Shown piece after piece: positions 53,892 through 64,000 of a DNA stretch of 64,000 nt. A model generated the notes under the pieces. That model had not been told where the DNA came from. It did not search any database and worked only from the letters and a program-made list of their open reading frames with translations. The first letter of the stretch is position 1, and each line of letters opens with the position of its first letter. Source of the stretch: Octopus vulgaris (taxonomy: Eukaryota); contig OX597816.1 of assembly GCA_951406725.2 (NCBI GenBank), forward strand, positions 143,840,001-143,904,000, written 5' to 3'. The position numbers were made by a program, and so were the translations under genes.

Positions 53892-54316
53892 AAATCCTTA
53901 AAATCCTTAAAAATGTTTTAGCCCGAAGGCCGCGGCCATGCTGGGGCACCACCGCTGAATGAGCTACACTAGTTTGTGAATCCACCTCTGATACGTGGCA
54001 CTTGATCAACAAGGGAGTTCGATGCTGCTGCCCGCATCCGTGTCTCCTGTCGTGAGGTAGGTTCATCTGGGACTCCCAACAAGAAGAGATCCAGTTTAGT
54101 TTTAAAGAAACCCACATCCACACCATGTAAGTCTCTCAGGCATTTAGGGAGGATGTTAAAGAGCTGTGGTCCTCTGAAACCCAAGCTGTTGCAGTATCTG
54201 GACCTGTATTTTGATGGTGATGTTGGAATCCTTGGCACCACGCAGCGGCGCCCCGTTCTGCGGTTGGAGTAACTTTGAATGCCAAAGTTTGGGACAAGAC
54301 CCTCCAGGATTTTCCA

Positions 54317-54319
<3 letters not shown>
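53892..54319 (-). mobile_element. CR1-clade LINE 3' end (second subfamily)
   Basis: YCNSLGFRGPQLFNILPKCLRDLHGVDVGFFKTKLDLFLLGVPDEP; 3' hairpin and (TTTTAAGGA)n tail. Confidence 0.88.
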
Positions 54320-54393
<74 letters not shown>

Positions 54394-54500
54394 TATATAA
54401 GTTTTTACCGAATATTGTTTTTTTCCATACCGAAACTACATGGTAAAATTTGTTAATTTATTAAATTGATTGATAATTTTTTACCCTATATCTGTAATGA

Positions 54501-54549
<49 letters not shown>

Positions 54550-54653
54550 AGAAGTATTGGGGGTGATGTACATATTTAATACATATGAAAGAAAAAAGGT
54601 GTTCAGAATGCTGGATGGTTGTAAAAATATATATTTATTTACATAATATATAT

Positions 54654-56278
54654 AGTAGTCTCTTACTACTCGGGATTTCACTTGTAGGTGCGTAGGGTAA
54701 TCAGGCAAGTTATGACTGGAAATAGATGGGTTTTACACATCTATATATAGCTGTCTTGTCATCGAGTGTAGGACAAAAGCTCCACGGTTATATTTTTCGA
54801 TTATTTTTCGTTTTTTGTTTTCACCTTTTACTTGTTTCAGTCATTAGACAGTGGCCACGCTGGGGCACCGCCTTGAAGAATTTTTAGTCGAACGTAACGA
54901 CACCAGAATTTTTTTTAATGATTTTCAACTAGCACATGAAGTTAAGCCTAGAAGGTATCTCCACATGCAAGAAATAACAACTAAATCTCTTAAATTTCTT
55001 TTATAACACCCTGTTTTTTTTTTAATTTTCTAAAAATCTTTTTACTTTAGATGATTTTCAACTAGTGCATGAAGTTAAACCTAGATCTCTTGATATGTTA
55101 GAAATAACAGCCAAATCTCTTGAAATTTTTATATCCCCCCCCCCGTTATATTTTTTTAGTTATTCTCCAAAAAATCTTTTTGCTTGTTTCAGTCACTGGA
55201 CTGCGGCCATGCTGGGGCACCACCTTGAAGAATTTTTAGTCGAATGTATCGACCCCAAAATCTTTCTTAGTTGATTTTCAACCACTACATAAAGTTAAGC
55301 CTAGAAGGTCTCTCCACATGCTAGAAATAATAGCCTAATCTTACAAATATTTTTTTCTAATTTCACGTAAACAAAAACGGAAATCTCAGTTGTAAAAAAA
55401 TTTATTTTCCAAAATTCCAATTTTTAAATAAACAAAATATATTCAATCAAAAAACGATATCAAAACATATATGTCCCTCACAACGGTATGTTACGTGTAT
55501 TTCAATTATTTTCCTCGGTTTTAGAATAATTTTAAAGTTTGAAAATGAAAATAAATCAATCTTAACATCAATAATAGAATAACAGAATAACACAAGACTC
55601 TTTACTACTCAATGTACATACTGTCTGAATTCTAACAAAAAGGAAGGCATTTTCTTCAAGAAACATAAAAACGATAAGAAGCATGTGTGAATTACTAGCC
55701 TTCGGTGCCATAATTCTGTTAAACCTTCAATGGCCGGAGAAAGTTCAAAAGGTCAACTTAGTTTCATTAATCTGTAAGTGCTGAGAGAAGAAAACAAAAG
55801 ATTTTAAATATATATTTTAAAATGCTGATTTTTCTGCGACCAAACATTCAAACTGGTGTCCCAGCATGGCCATGCTGGGACACCAGTTTGACTGAAACAA
55901 ATAAAAAGATTTTTAGAAAATAAAAGAAAAAACCGATGGGGTTATAATAGAAAGTTAAGAGATTTGGTTGTTATTTCTAGCATGTGGAGATACCTTCTAG
56001 GCTTAACTTCATGCGCTAGTTGAACATCATTAAAAAAAATTCTTCAAGGCGGTGCTCCAGCGTGGCCACTGTCTAATGACTGAAACAAGTAAAAGGTGAA
56101 TAAGAAAAAAAAAAAAAACACGAAAACATAATCGAAAAATATAACCGTGGAGCTTTTGTCCTACACTCGATGACAAGACAGCTATATATAGATGTGTAAA
56201 ACCCATCTATTTCCAGTCATAATTTGCTTGATTACCCTACGCACCTACAAGTGAAATCCCGAGTAGCAAGAGACTACT
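54654..56278. mobile_element. 1.6-kb non-coding long-TIR element, putative non-autonomous Polinton/Maverick derivative
   Basis: ~390-bp inverted arms (54654-~55043 and ~55900-56278); termini AGTAGT...ACTACT; ATATAT on both sides. Confidence 0.7.
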
Positions 56279-56302
56279 ATATATATATATTTATATATAT
56301 AT

Positions 56303-56560
56303 GCTTGTTCCTTCTCGAGCCATGCCTGGCTCATTAGGGCCGGTTTCCCGGTTTCCTTGGCGTATAGGTTCTCCACCTGGACGGGACGTCGGTCCGTCGC
56401 AGGTGAGATGCAAGATGCAGGAGGAAAGAGTGAGAGAAAGTTGTGGCGAAAGAGTCAGCAGAAGTTCGCCATTACCTTCTGCTGGAGCCGCGTGGAGCTT
56501 AGATACTTGAATGTTGGAAAGAACATCTTGACCGGATTTGTAAACGACTCGGAAATAACA
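56303..56560 (-). mobile_element. SINE-like fragment of another family
   Basis: GC-rich block with CCTGGACGGGACGTCGGTCCGTCGCAGG, resembling a conserved SINE central domain. Confidence 0.5.
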
Positions 56561-56913
56561 GAAGCCGTGGATTCTCCACCTGATGCACATACGTACGGGA
56601 AATAACAAAATAGTAAGTAGAAATGTCAATAAACGATGAAAAGCTGTAACTCCGCCCTTTTAAAGAGGCCATCAATGCTGAAGCGCTAAAATATTGAAGT
56701 GAGCACAATATTTTGCACGTAATATTTAACGTAATATGAAAAACATAAGACTAAAAATAGGATCGCTATGCTACTAACTCAAACACACCAAAAGAAATAG
56801 ATTGTACTATGTTAGTAACTTCAATGCGTAAAAAAGTGACAATCAAAACTCCGTAAACTACAAGGCAATATATCTCTTATAAATACCGAGGAAATTGTAG
56901 AACTTTCCTTGAC

Positions 56914-57081
56914 AGGCGTAGGAGTGGCTGTGTGGTAAGTAGCTTGCTTACTGACCACACGGTTCCGGGTTCAGTCCCACTGCGTGGCACATTGGGTGTC
57001 TTCTACTATAGCCTCGGGCCAACCAAAGCCTTGTGAGTGGATTTGGTAAACGGAAACTGAAAGAAGCCCGTCGTATATATG

Positions 57082-57114
<33 letters not shown>

Positions 57115-57338
57115 ATGTGTGTGTATGCGTTTGTGCGTCTGTGTTTGTTCCCCCAACATCGCTTGACAACCGATGCTGGTGTGTTTACATCTCTGTAACT
57201 TAGCGGTTTGGCAAAAGAGACCGATAAAATAAGTACTAGGCTTACAAAGAATAAGTCCTGAGGTTTATTTGCTCGACTAAAGGCGGTGCTCCAGCATGGC
57301 CACAGTCAAATGACTGAAACAAGTAAAAGAGTAAAAGA
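56914..57338 (+). mobile_element. SINE family A, full-length reference copy
   Basis: Head AGGCGTAGGAGTGGCTGTGTGGTAAG (A-box)...GGTTCAGTCCC (B-box); tail (GTAAAAGA)n. Confidence 0.92.
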
Positions 57339-57339
57339 G

Positions 57340-58330
57340 ACAGAATCAAAAGCAAAATCAAGGAAGAGACAGGAGAGAATCAGTTCAGTTTTAGGCCTAT
57401 TAGAGACACGGTGCCACGATGCAGTTGATGTTAAACAGGTCACTGAAAAAGGAAAAGAGCTTCAAGTGCTCTTATTCTTCAACTTCTTTGATTTTAAATT
57501 TGCTTTTGATACGATCTGGAGGAAAGCTCTAAGAAAGATGATGACAGGAAAGGTATAGATCCAAAGATAATTTGGGGAACAGAGGTGCAATACAACAATA
57601 CCGAGTTTGCAGTGGTCATAGTCATCTGATATGTTGCTTTGAAATATGAATAGCTCTTACCATTCCTGATTTTTTTCATGAGAGAACTTAAAATACTGGA
57701 CGAAAGTCTGGTACACATTAATGACCTTTCCATAGACATGAAATACGCTGGCAACACAATCTTAATACGAGTTTTCACAAATTAAAAATATCCACCACAC
57801 AGACAAGGTACGTAAAAAATAGTACGTGAAAATAGTGTGAAAAGCAAGGACCTATCGCCAAGCAAAGAAATGAGCCCACTGGATAATTTTGAGCATGTCA
57901 CAGAGTTTTTATTTTCAGCTGCACCAAATAGTATCAAATAGATCAGAAGATGTGGAAGGATGACACTAGCATGTACAAGTTTCGGGTGACAACAAAACAT
58001 GGTCTGGAACAGGTGGAAAATTGTGAATCAAGTCAAAGTTAGATTTATTCTCGCTATCGCACGCCACGCCTCAGAAACTCAGACCCTAAAAAAAAATCAA
58101 GTTACATGGATACTAGAAGTATTTGAAATGCCGTGATTACAATGTATATTAACGTATGAAATAAGCTTAGAAATACTTCTATAAGAAAACTGTCTTCATG
58201 TGAGATATACCATGACCGAAGAAATAAGGAGACAAGAACGGTTCAATGTGATAAAACCTCGCAGTAATTACATGGCGCAGGAAAGCTGCCAAAACTCCCC
58301 AAACCCTACGGTCACGTGGTAGACCGCCTA
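57340..58330 (+). mobile_element. Old RTE-like LINE RT remnant
   Basis: FFDFKFAFDTIWRKALRKMM and SIDMKYAGNTILI (degenerate YADD); many stops. Confidence 0.65.
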
Positions 58331-58716
58331 AGAGGTAGATCTCCCATTTCTTCAGGATTTAGAGTTACCTCGCTCAATGACTACAAGGTGAGCAATTTAC
58401 CGAAGAGGTGTGTGTGTGTGTGTTGTGCTGTTTTATCTGGTTAGTTATAATAGGGACTTTTCCAGTATATTCGTAACTTAGATGAAGTCCTATATTCAAC
58501 CATTATCATTCATGGTTACGGAGGGGTTTTGTCTTTTTCCATCCATATTTTCATACTGTGTACGTGAGGTCACCACCTTCCGTTTATTCTTTTACTCTAG
58601 AGTCTTGTATCGCAGCTTCAAATAATTCATAATTTATGAATAATTGAGGAGAACATTTCGTAGAAAATACCTTTTAAAGACTTATTTATGGTATAATTTG
58701 TGGAGTGCGCATTTCA

Positions 58717-58770
<54 letters not shown>

Positions 58771-59656
58771 CATACATACATAAATACATGCATGCATGCA
58801 TAAATACAAACATACATACATACATACATACATACATACATACATACATACATACACACACACTCAGATTTAGACATATATACACTAGAAAATGTACCTG
58901 TTATATACTAACTGGTATCCTACTCAGTCTGATGTCATCAGCTAAATACAATGCAAATAAATACTGATACACTACCTAAGCCTGTTCCGTGAGATATGTA
59001 GTAAGAAGTCGTGATCGATGGTAACTTTGGCAGACGATTACATATTTTGTGAGAGCGTTGAATTAATTTAAATTAATACCCAGTATATGACTGGTACTTA
59101 TTTTATCAAGCACAAAAAGATGACGAGTAAAGAAATTTGACTAAATACTTCAATATAATCCATGTGGTACTTGACGAATTTAATTGTCCACTGTTCTTGC
59201 GAAAAGAGACAAAAATATCCAACTGAAACACAAGATCATAGTTTTGACAAACACCGGATTAAATGGTTTGTGTCTTTTAAGTCCGTATCTTCCCTTCTTT
59301 TTATGTCTTTAGCTTTGTCCCTTTTAAGTTGCGAGCTCAAGTTCCACCGTAGTCGGTTTGACTGTCATTTCTCCAAGGTTGCTGAAATCAGTGCCAAGGG
59401 AAAACTGGGACCTATTCAATTGAATGTACGACTCTCATAAATATCTGCAAACTTGTAGCCAGCAAGGGAACATCTACGTGGTCGGCCGACTTGCAAGAAA
59501 TTCATGAAAATTACACGTAAATCACATAACATTTTTTAAAACAAAGCTCCACAGGATAATGCAATTTTACTTTACGTCTCAAGAATAGCATCAGGATGGT
59601 CATACGGTCTTTGTTCATACATATGGTCTGTAGGTCAAACACCAACATCATTCTCA

Positions 59657-59807
59657 TGACGACGGCGACGACGACGACGACGACCACGACGACGACGACC
59701 ACCACCACGACGACGACCACGACGACGACGACGACGACCACCACCACGACCACCACCACCACCACCACCACCACCACCACCACCACCACCGCCGCCGCCG
59801 CCACCAT
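59657..59807. repeat. Compound (GAC)n/(CAC)n/(GCC)n trinucleotide repeat
   Basis: Direct inspection. Confidence 0.95.
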
Positions 59808-60146
59808 CAGCAGCCGTTCAAGAATTTGGATCTGGAGATCTCCATTTCCAGCGACTTCGAGTGCCACCTCCCAGTGGTGCAAGGACGTCAACGAAAAGCC
59901 CTCGACTACAACAAGACGACCAAAGTTTTTCTTTTTCCCAAGGTCTGGGGTCTCCCGCCCCTAAGCCCTAGACCATCACCTAATCACCCTTACCCGTCTT
60001 GTTGCTTAACAACAACAACAACAACAACCACCACCACCACCACCAACAGCAAAAACAACAACGACGACATCATATATGGCATCTATAAAAATGAAAATAA
60101 AATCACGTGTTTGTCAATAAACAGGCAGGAACATATCTCTCTAGAT

Positions 60147-60396
60147 CAGTGGTTCTCAACCAGTCTTTTACCTATAGGCCACTTTGACTCTTATTTTGTT
60201 GGATGGACCCTCTTAGCCATTCGATTTTTAAAATCTTATTATATTCTTATAATCAAGTATTATTAAGAATTGTATTAAAAGAATTAAAATGTTTCGTGCA
60301 TTGTAGAAGCATAAGTAATTTATTGCAGATAAATTTTAACCACAAAATCTTAAATGAATCCTTAAGACCTCTATGGACCCCGGCTAAGAACAATTG
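60147..60396. mobile_element. hAT/Charlie-like MITE
   Basis: TIR CAGTGGTTCTCAACC / GGCTAAGAACAATTG; 8-bp TSD CTCTAGAT / CTTTAGAT. Confidence 0.75.
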
Positions 60397-61117
60397 CTTT
60401 AGATCATAGGCATGTGCATTATCATCTGTGTTGGACTTTCTTTTCAGTTGAAATTTTATAATTTACTGCTGTTATGGAACACCTTCTTATAAAGGTTGTT
60501 GCTATCTGGTTCGTTTAGCCCCACTCATGCAGACCTGTGATCAAAGTATTCCCACCGTAATCATTCTATCCTTTTTATTTTTAATTTCTGGGAACATCAC
60601 ACTTTGCATCACATTATCTAATACTCCCTTCTGCTATGAAACAATGCAGTGTGAGTTGAAGAAGGCTTAGCTGCTATTTCTAGCTGGTCGAACCAATGCA
60701 TATAGGTTCTCTCGTTGAGTTTCCTTCTAAAAGTGTCTTCTTAAAGTGAAAAGAAATCGTCCTTAGTTTTTATTACTTCGAGAAACACTTAAATAAAGAA
60801 AAGAGTCAACTAAAATAAAATCAAAGAAAGAGAAAAAGCGGGCTCATTAATCTTTAATAATAGAATTATCCTGAAAATCTCGTTCATTAAGTTTCATCTA
60901 TTAATACATTTGTCGAGATAAAAATGGAGTAAATATTTGCAAAGAGAGCCGTCATTGATGATGCTTTCATTTTTGTTTTGTTTGCTAGATTATTTTAGAT
61001 TTCAAGCTGTTAGAAGTGCTTGCGTCACAACTCCGGGAATTTATTCATATCGGTCTATATTTTTGGTTTGTTATAATACTAACTTTATATCCACTGGCCG
61101 CCTCCGTTGTAATATGA

Positions 61118-61772
61118 TGACGTCAAATAAATAAATAAATAAATAAATATAATGACAGAAAAGGGAGAGAAGTCTTCTGAATTACTATATGACGTCATTT
61201 ACAAAATACTTCAAATTTTAGCCTGATAGTCTTCAGATTATAAATAGGATATTAAGTATTGAAAGAAACGTTTGAAAAAATATTTACGTAAACGAAGAAT
61301 ATTCAACGACAGTAAATATTTATTTTAGCTTATAAAAGTTTCAGTATGTTTAAATATTGTAGCTCTTGAAATCAATACGTCTAACAGTTCAGTCATATTT
61401 AAAATTAATGATGGGATTTACTACATTCTGGATTTTTATTTTTTTGGCTTCATTTCATTTTTAGCTTTTTAAAAAAAAAATTTTGGTAAAAGATTGCAAT
61501 ATAAGCGAAAAATATGGGTTAAAACGTCTTTTATATTGTAAATGTAATTTATCTGGAGTTGATAAAATGGTTATTAGACATGCATTGGCACCATTTCAAT
61601 CAATAGTATTCTTTTCATATATTACTGGCCATGTTTCAAGTTTAGAAATTATTTTAGTCAGGTCAGGCTGGTGTTAACTTTGCCTTTGTTCCGCCCGGAA
61701 TCGATAAAATAAGTAACGAAATAAATATATAACTTTATGTTTATGTAGAAATTACTATTATTTTTGACGTCA
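61118..61772. promoter_or_regulatory. Cluster of three perfect CRE palindromes (candidate enhancer)
   Basis: TGACGTCA at 61118, 61190 and 61765; function untested. Confidence 0.3.
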
Positions 61773-61874
61773 TTCCAGAGATGCCGGGCATCTAGAATGT
61801 TTTCAGAACCACTGCAAGTTAGACAATGCAGTTGGTGAAAGTTTCACTTCTACAATATATAGAACATATATTGG

Positions 61875-62345
61875 TAGGTAAGAACGATGACGTCCTCGGG
61901 GAAGCTTAACGACGAGGAGCAACTGGCCGGTCTTTTCAGGAGGACCCTGGGACAGGGAACTGCTGTGGATAATTTCCAGAAATTCTTGACTCCAGTACTT
62001 AAATGGTACTTTATTTTATTTACCCCGAACGGATGAAAGACAAAGTTGACCTCGATCGGACAGGAACTCAGAACGTAAGTTACGACACCGAGCATTGTGT
62101 TCGGTGCGCTAATGATTCTGCCAGCTCGCCGTCTTAATAATACCGGTTTGAGATACATTCTATGGGGAACTATCGGTTTGAAATACATTCTTCGGGTACG
62201 GAAGAACCGTGCGAGATACGCACAGAGCGATAGAATCATTTTGCATGTCCGAGGACTGCTGATTTGTGGAATTATATCGAACAGCTATTGTTGCTTGTTT
62301 GAGGAATCCGGTTATTGGCCGAGAACATCGTGAAGATCACTCCAC
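61875..62345 (+). mobile_element. Tx1-like LINE C-terminal fragment interrupted by a SINE family B copy (~61990-62135, minus)
   Basis: GGTCTTTTCAGGAGGACC...GGATAATTTCCAGAAATTCTTGAC parallels 18350-18415; SINE core inside. Confidence 0.65.
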
Positions 62346-62539
62346 TAGCTACCTTCAATCCGACAGAGCAGGTATTGTTCTTCTGTCAAGTGATTTTGCC
62401 GAGGCCAGTTTTGCCTTTCCTCCTTTCGGGCGCCATGAAATAAGTGCCAGTTAGGTAGTGCTTAACCGGTCTGTGTCATCTATTAAAACTCCTCTAACAT
62501 TGCTAGCTTTGTGCCAAATTTTGAAACCATTATTATCAA

Positions 62540-62963
62540 CTAGCTTAAAAGCCGCACTCCGTGCGGACTTTTAAGTTAGATCCTGCAGAGGGCTAATTGG
62601 GCCTGCGGTCCAAAACTAAACAGAGCTAAATAGCATGACTATAATATGTCTATAATGGCTATGTGCCCCGGTGGTGTTCTATTGTTCCAGTCCCGAGTTG
62701 AATTTCAACTGTTGGCCAATTTGTCGCAAAGTTCTTATCCCGACGCAAAATTAACGAACGTCAATCAAGATGACGAGAATCAGCTGAGCTTTACTTGCTA
62801 GAATGATTTTAGATCAAATCCAAATGCTGGATGTTCAAGAACCAAATGAATGGCAGATTTCCAATCCCGGGATCATCTTGATTCCATGTCTATGTAGAGC
62901 AAATATAGACTGAGATACAGGGGTCCCGGACAGACAGAATTTCGCGTTTATTATTATAGAAGA
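62540..62963 (-). mobile_element. Non-autonomous Helitron-like (Lep1-type) element
   Basis: A|CTAG end with hairpin CCGCAC-TCC-GTGCGG; other end GACAGACAGAATTTCGCGTTTATTATTATAGAAGA|T. Confidence 0.7.
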
Positions 62964-63302
62964 TATTTTGCTTATCACCGAAGTTAAGCGTGTTTTGGAT
63001 ACTCCGTGCGTTTGTCCTTTCTGCTTAAGAAGAACTACAATAGAATGATAAACCGCTTTTGTTCACTTACTCTCTAGGGCAATTGTTTTTTTAAAGAAAA
63101 CTTTTCGAAGCATAGAAAAAAATTTCAAAAAGCTTCGTTTATGCCAGTTAACTAAAAATAAAAGGTCGGAAAATATTCTTAAAGTGAAACACTTTTTCTC
63201 AGTCACCTCCACCATACAACACCATACACGTAGTAGTTACATAAAAAAGAAACAATAACAATAACAAGTGACAACAATAACACAATAAGAGGACCACTGG
63301 TA

Positions 63303-63605
63303 GTACGAGGGTCCCAACTGATTCGATCATCGGAACATCCTGCTCGTGAAATTAACGTGTAAGTGGTTGAGCACTCCACGGACACGTGTACCCTTAACGC
63401 AGTTTTCAGGGAGATAGAGCATGACACAGAGTGTGATAGGGCTGGCCCTTTGAAATACAAGTTCTACTCATTTTTGCCAGCTGAGTAGACTGGAGCAGCG
63501 TGAAATAAAGTGTCTTGCTCCAGGACACAACGCGTTGCTGGGAATTGAACTCACGACCTTACGATCGTGAGTCGAATATCCCAACCACTAAGCTACGCGC
63601 CTTCA
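63303..63605 (-). mobile_element. tRNA-derived CORE-type SINE, near full length
   Basis: Minus head GGCGCGTAGCTTAGTGGTT...GAGTTCAATTCCC; CORE-like GTGTCCTGGAGCAAGACACTTTA. Confidence 0.85.
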
Positions 63606-64000
63606 ACCCCCCCCCCACGCAAACACACACACACAAATACACAAACACAGAGTTTCCAAAACGCGTTCAGCTTTGGCGGTAACCAACAACAGTAGTAAGA
63701 ACAGAAAAAATAATGATCCTTTCTGTCGCAGGCACAAAGCCAAGAATTTGTTGGGTGGGGTTAGTAAATGTCGTCGATCCTTGCACTTGACATGTTTCAT
63801 TATATCAACACTCATGGAATTATAAAAGGCGAAGTTGACTGCGGCGGGATTTGAACCCATAATGTAATGAGTCATAAACAAGTACATATATACATTAAAA
63901 AATGCATCTTTCCCACCCGCCTCTATCGACTCTAAGAAGTTATATTACGTCGATTTTGTTTGGAAAACAACGATAAAAAGAAACGAGAAAATAAAGTGAT

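Noticed and set aside
54820-55340. Repeated ~20-30-bp units that could be mistaken for a CRISPR array
   Set aside because: Eukaryotic context, degenerate SINE-derived subrepeats, no regular spacers and no cas genes
56914-56990. tRNA gene-like A/B boxes here and in other SINE heads
   Set aside because: They continue into SINE bodies and do not form a complete cloverleaf; not tRNA genes

Overview
AT-rich, repeat-saturated animal genomic DNA with no convincing host protein-coding gene. It is most likely intronic or intergenic sequence from a coleoid cephalopod (Octopus-like). That is inferred from the tRNA-derived SINE families, the dense (CA)n/(TA)n/(TATG)n/(TATC)n/(TAA)n microsatellites and the R4/Dong, Tx1, CR1 and RTE LINE mix. 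Most ORFs in the track are microsatellite artefacts. The real protein-like segments are decayed transposon genes: Merlin and mariner/Tc1 transposases, Tx1-like ORF1/endonuclease/RT, CR1 and RTE RT regions, and R4/Dong-type RLE domains. The most notable structures are: (1) a 1.6-kb non-coding element with ~390-bp TIRs ending AGTAGT...ACTACT, resembling a non-autonomous Polinton/Maverick whose TIRs contain SINE tails; (2) a Penelope-type inverted repeat with a hammerhead-ribozyme motif in each arm; (3) a Merlin-type MITE carrying telomeric (CCCTAA)n; (4) a 3' tail shared by a CR1 LINE and the commonest SINE; (5) a tandem pair of (TAA)n-embedded non-coding elements; (6) a cluster of three perfect CRE palindromes. 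All family assignments come from motifs recognised by eye, and many boundaries are approximate.
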